The notes under the pieces are model-generated. The model had not been told where the DNA came from and ran no database searches. It saw only the letters and a list, made by a program, of their open reading frames with translations. A DNA stretch of 38,543 nucleotides, taken from NCBI GenBank assembly GCA_029838215.1, contig JALGVI010000027.1, positions 1-38,543 of the forward strand, read 5' to 3'. The stretch's first letter is position 1, and every line of letters begins with the position of its first letter. Shown piece by piece: positions 37,246 to 38,543 of this stretch. A program made the position numbers and the translations under genes. This DNA comes from Candidatus Helarchaeota archaeon (GTDB lineage Archaea > Asgardarchaeota > Lokiarchaeia > Helarchaeales > RDOG01).

Positions 37246-37606
37246 AATTTATATTGTAGAAGATGAACCGTCGCTACAAAATCTTTACGAGTGGATTCTC
37301 GAGAGATCCGGACACGTCGTTATCGGCATTGCCAAGGATGGAGAAGAAGCCGTGAAAAAATATAAATCCCTGCCACGAAAGCCGGAAATCATCATCATGG
37401 ACCATCGCATGCCAAATAAAAGCGGTCTTGAAGCCATGAAGGAGATTCGAGAGATCGATACGACTTCGATGATCATTTTCGCCAGTGCTGACATGAGCGT
37501 GAAAGAAATAGCCCTGCGGTCGGGTGCGGCAAGTTTCATCACGAAACCATTTAATTTCAAACTCCTCCTGACTAAAATTGAGCACTTGATAAGAAACAAC
37601 CATTGA
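37238..37606 (+). CDS. Single-domain (CheY-like) response regulator, probably with an ATA start
   Basis: The frame reads IVRIYIVEDEPSLQ...IIIMDHRMPNKSG...FASAD...FITKPF. The track ORF (37352) lacks the acidic pocket. No ATG, GTG or TTG lies in frame upstream of it. Confidence 0.85.
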   Translation: MVRIYIVEDEPSLQNLYEWILERSGHVVIGIAKDGEEAVKKYKSLPRKPEIIIMDHRMPNKSGLEAMKEIREIDTTSMIIFASADMSVKEIALRSGAASFITKPFNFKLLLTKIEHLIRNNH

Positions 37607-37668
37607 AAAACCGAATCAGGGGAACTTTTAAAATTCAATTTTGATTTTTATTTCATTCTGAGGCGAGT

Positions 37669-37893
37669 TTAACCAATTTTCGTGATTTTTCCATCTTTGA
37701 GTTCATATTCTTCTAATACAATTGCTCCTTGGTGACATTCAACGACGCAATTAAAGCATTCACCTTTTTTAAACACGTGTTGAGCACAAGCAAAGCGGTC
37801 GACAATAATTTCTCCAACACCCCACTCGATGGCCTTGACCGGACATGCATAAATACACGCCCGACATTTATGACAAACTTCAACCATTTTCAT
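37669..37893 (-). CDS. Small 4Fe-4S ferredoxin
   Basis: CHKCRACIYACP and C-x9-CFNCVVECH. ATG37893 is the likely start. Confidence 0.8.
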   Translation of the reverse strand: MKMVEVCHKCRACIYACPVKAIEWGVGEIIVDRFACAQHVFKKGECFNCVVECHQGAIVLEEYELKDGKITKIG

Positions 37894-38054
37894 TCGCGGC
37901 GAATAAAATCGTCCTTCTTTCGCTTCCATTTTCTTCACGTTTCACGTCATAAAATGATCTTGGGATAGAATCAGAAAGAATTTCAAAATTAAAAGATTTT
38001 TCATGAAAAAAAAGAAGATTTTTAGAAGGATTCCCATTACACGTATTAACGTTG

Positions 38055-38543
38055 TCATAATTTTTTGTGGCAGAACCACCAATCGTAACAATTGGGCTTT
38101 CCCGTGCGTTCTTTTGCGGTTTCGACATCTTTTGCGGGTGGTATTATGACTTCATCACCGATTAATTCGTTATTGGGCCAGTTTGCAGGTAAGGCGACTT
38201 TTTCCTTGTCTGAAAGTTGTAGTCCTTTCACGATTCTCAAGATTTCATCCATGTTTCTGCCGAATTCTTGCGGATAATAGAGAATTAGGCGAATTATTCC
38301 GATTTTATCAACCACAAACACCGCTCGTACCGTGTTCGAGCCCTTTCCAGGATGAACCATTCCGAGAGTCCTTGCGATTGTTCCGTGGTCTGCAATGATG
38401 GGAAACGTGATTTCCTGTTTTAAGTTCTCTTTTATCCATTCAGCCCATTTTATGTGAGAAAAAACTTGGTCGATTGATAGTCCGATGATTTCGCAGTTCA
38501 AAGCCCGGAACATTTCGTGTCGTTTTGCAAATGCATAAAATTC
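38055..38543 (-). CDS. Archaeal peroxiredoxin (Prx6/TDXH type), 5' end beyond the window
   Basis: [46 protein letters not shown] and CYDWWFC. Confidence 0.93.
   Translation of the reverse strand, partial: EFYAFAKRHEMFRALNCEIIGLSIDQVFSHIKWAEWIKENLKQEITFPIIADHGTIARTLGMVHPGKGSNTVRAVFVVDKIGIIRLILYYPQEFGRNMDEILRIVKGLQLSDKEKVALPANWPNNELIGDEVIIPPAKDVETAKERTGKPNCYDWWFCHKKL

Noticed and set aside
37274-37638. Two minus-strand ORFs (109 and 117 aa)
   Set aside because: Antisense shadows of the plus-strand response regulator.
1-38543. CRISPR array, rRNA, tRNA, IS/transposase, integrase
   Set aside because: No regularly spaced repeats, structural RNA signatures, transposase motifs or terminal inverted repeats with target duplications were seen on reading.

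Overview
AT-rich archaeal chromosomal window, most likely from an Asgard archaeon (Lokiarchaeia/Helarchaeales-like). That assignment is inferred from longin, folliculin/DENN-like, PH-like and TPR-LRR proteins together with archaeal AfpA, a COG1395 regulator and many TTG starts. In order, the window holds: a truncated ArsR/DUF1724-like regulator divergent from an uncharacterised sugar/polyol catabolic operon (degenerate SDR, intact SDR, cyclase-family hydrolase, TIM barrel, DMT transporter, cupin, FGGY kinase); an M28 peptidase; a lipoate ligase, hdrB remnant and tusA; a hydrolase and an orphan PqqD-like protein; a large adaptin-ear/longin/Zn-ribbon protein; a glycosylation cluster (GT2, NTP-transferase, two RfbE-like epimerases); PH-like, Zn-ribbon and DENN-like/poly-Lys proteins; a beta-oxidation trio with a MenB/BadI-like enzyme; HD protein, OGG-type glycosylase and AfpA; a two-subunit B12 acyl-CoA mutase with isobutyryl-CoA-mutase-type residues; a regulator and an Fe-S protein; a frameshifted TPR-LRR gene; an acr3/arsR pair; a histidine kinase/response regulator; a ferredoxin; and a truncated peroxiredoxin. 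I saw no rRNA, tRNA, CRISPR array or transposase. The most interesting items are the membrane-trafficking-like proteins (adaptin ear plus longin; folliculin-like plus poly-Lys), two tandem enzyme/pseudoenzyme-like pairs, the ICM-type mutase and the unannotated hdrB remnant. All family calls come from motif recognition by eye, not from database searches.
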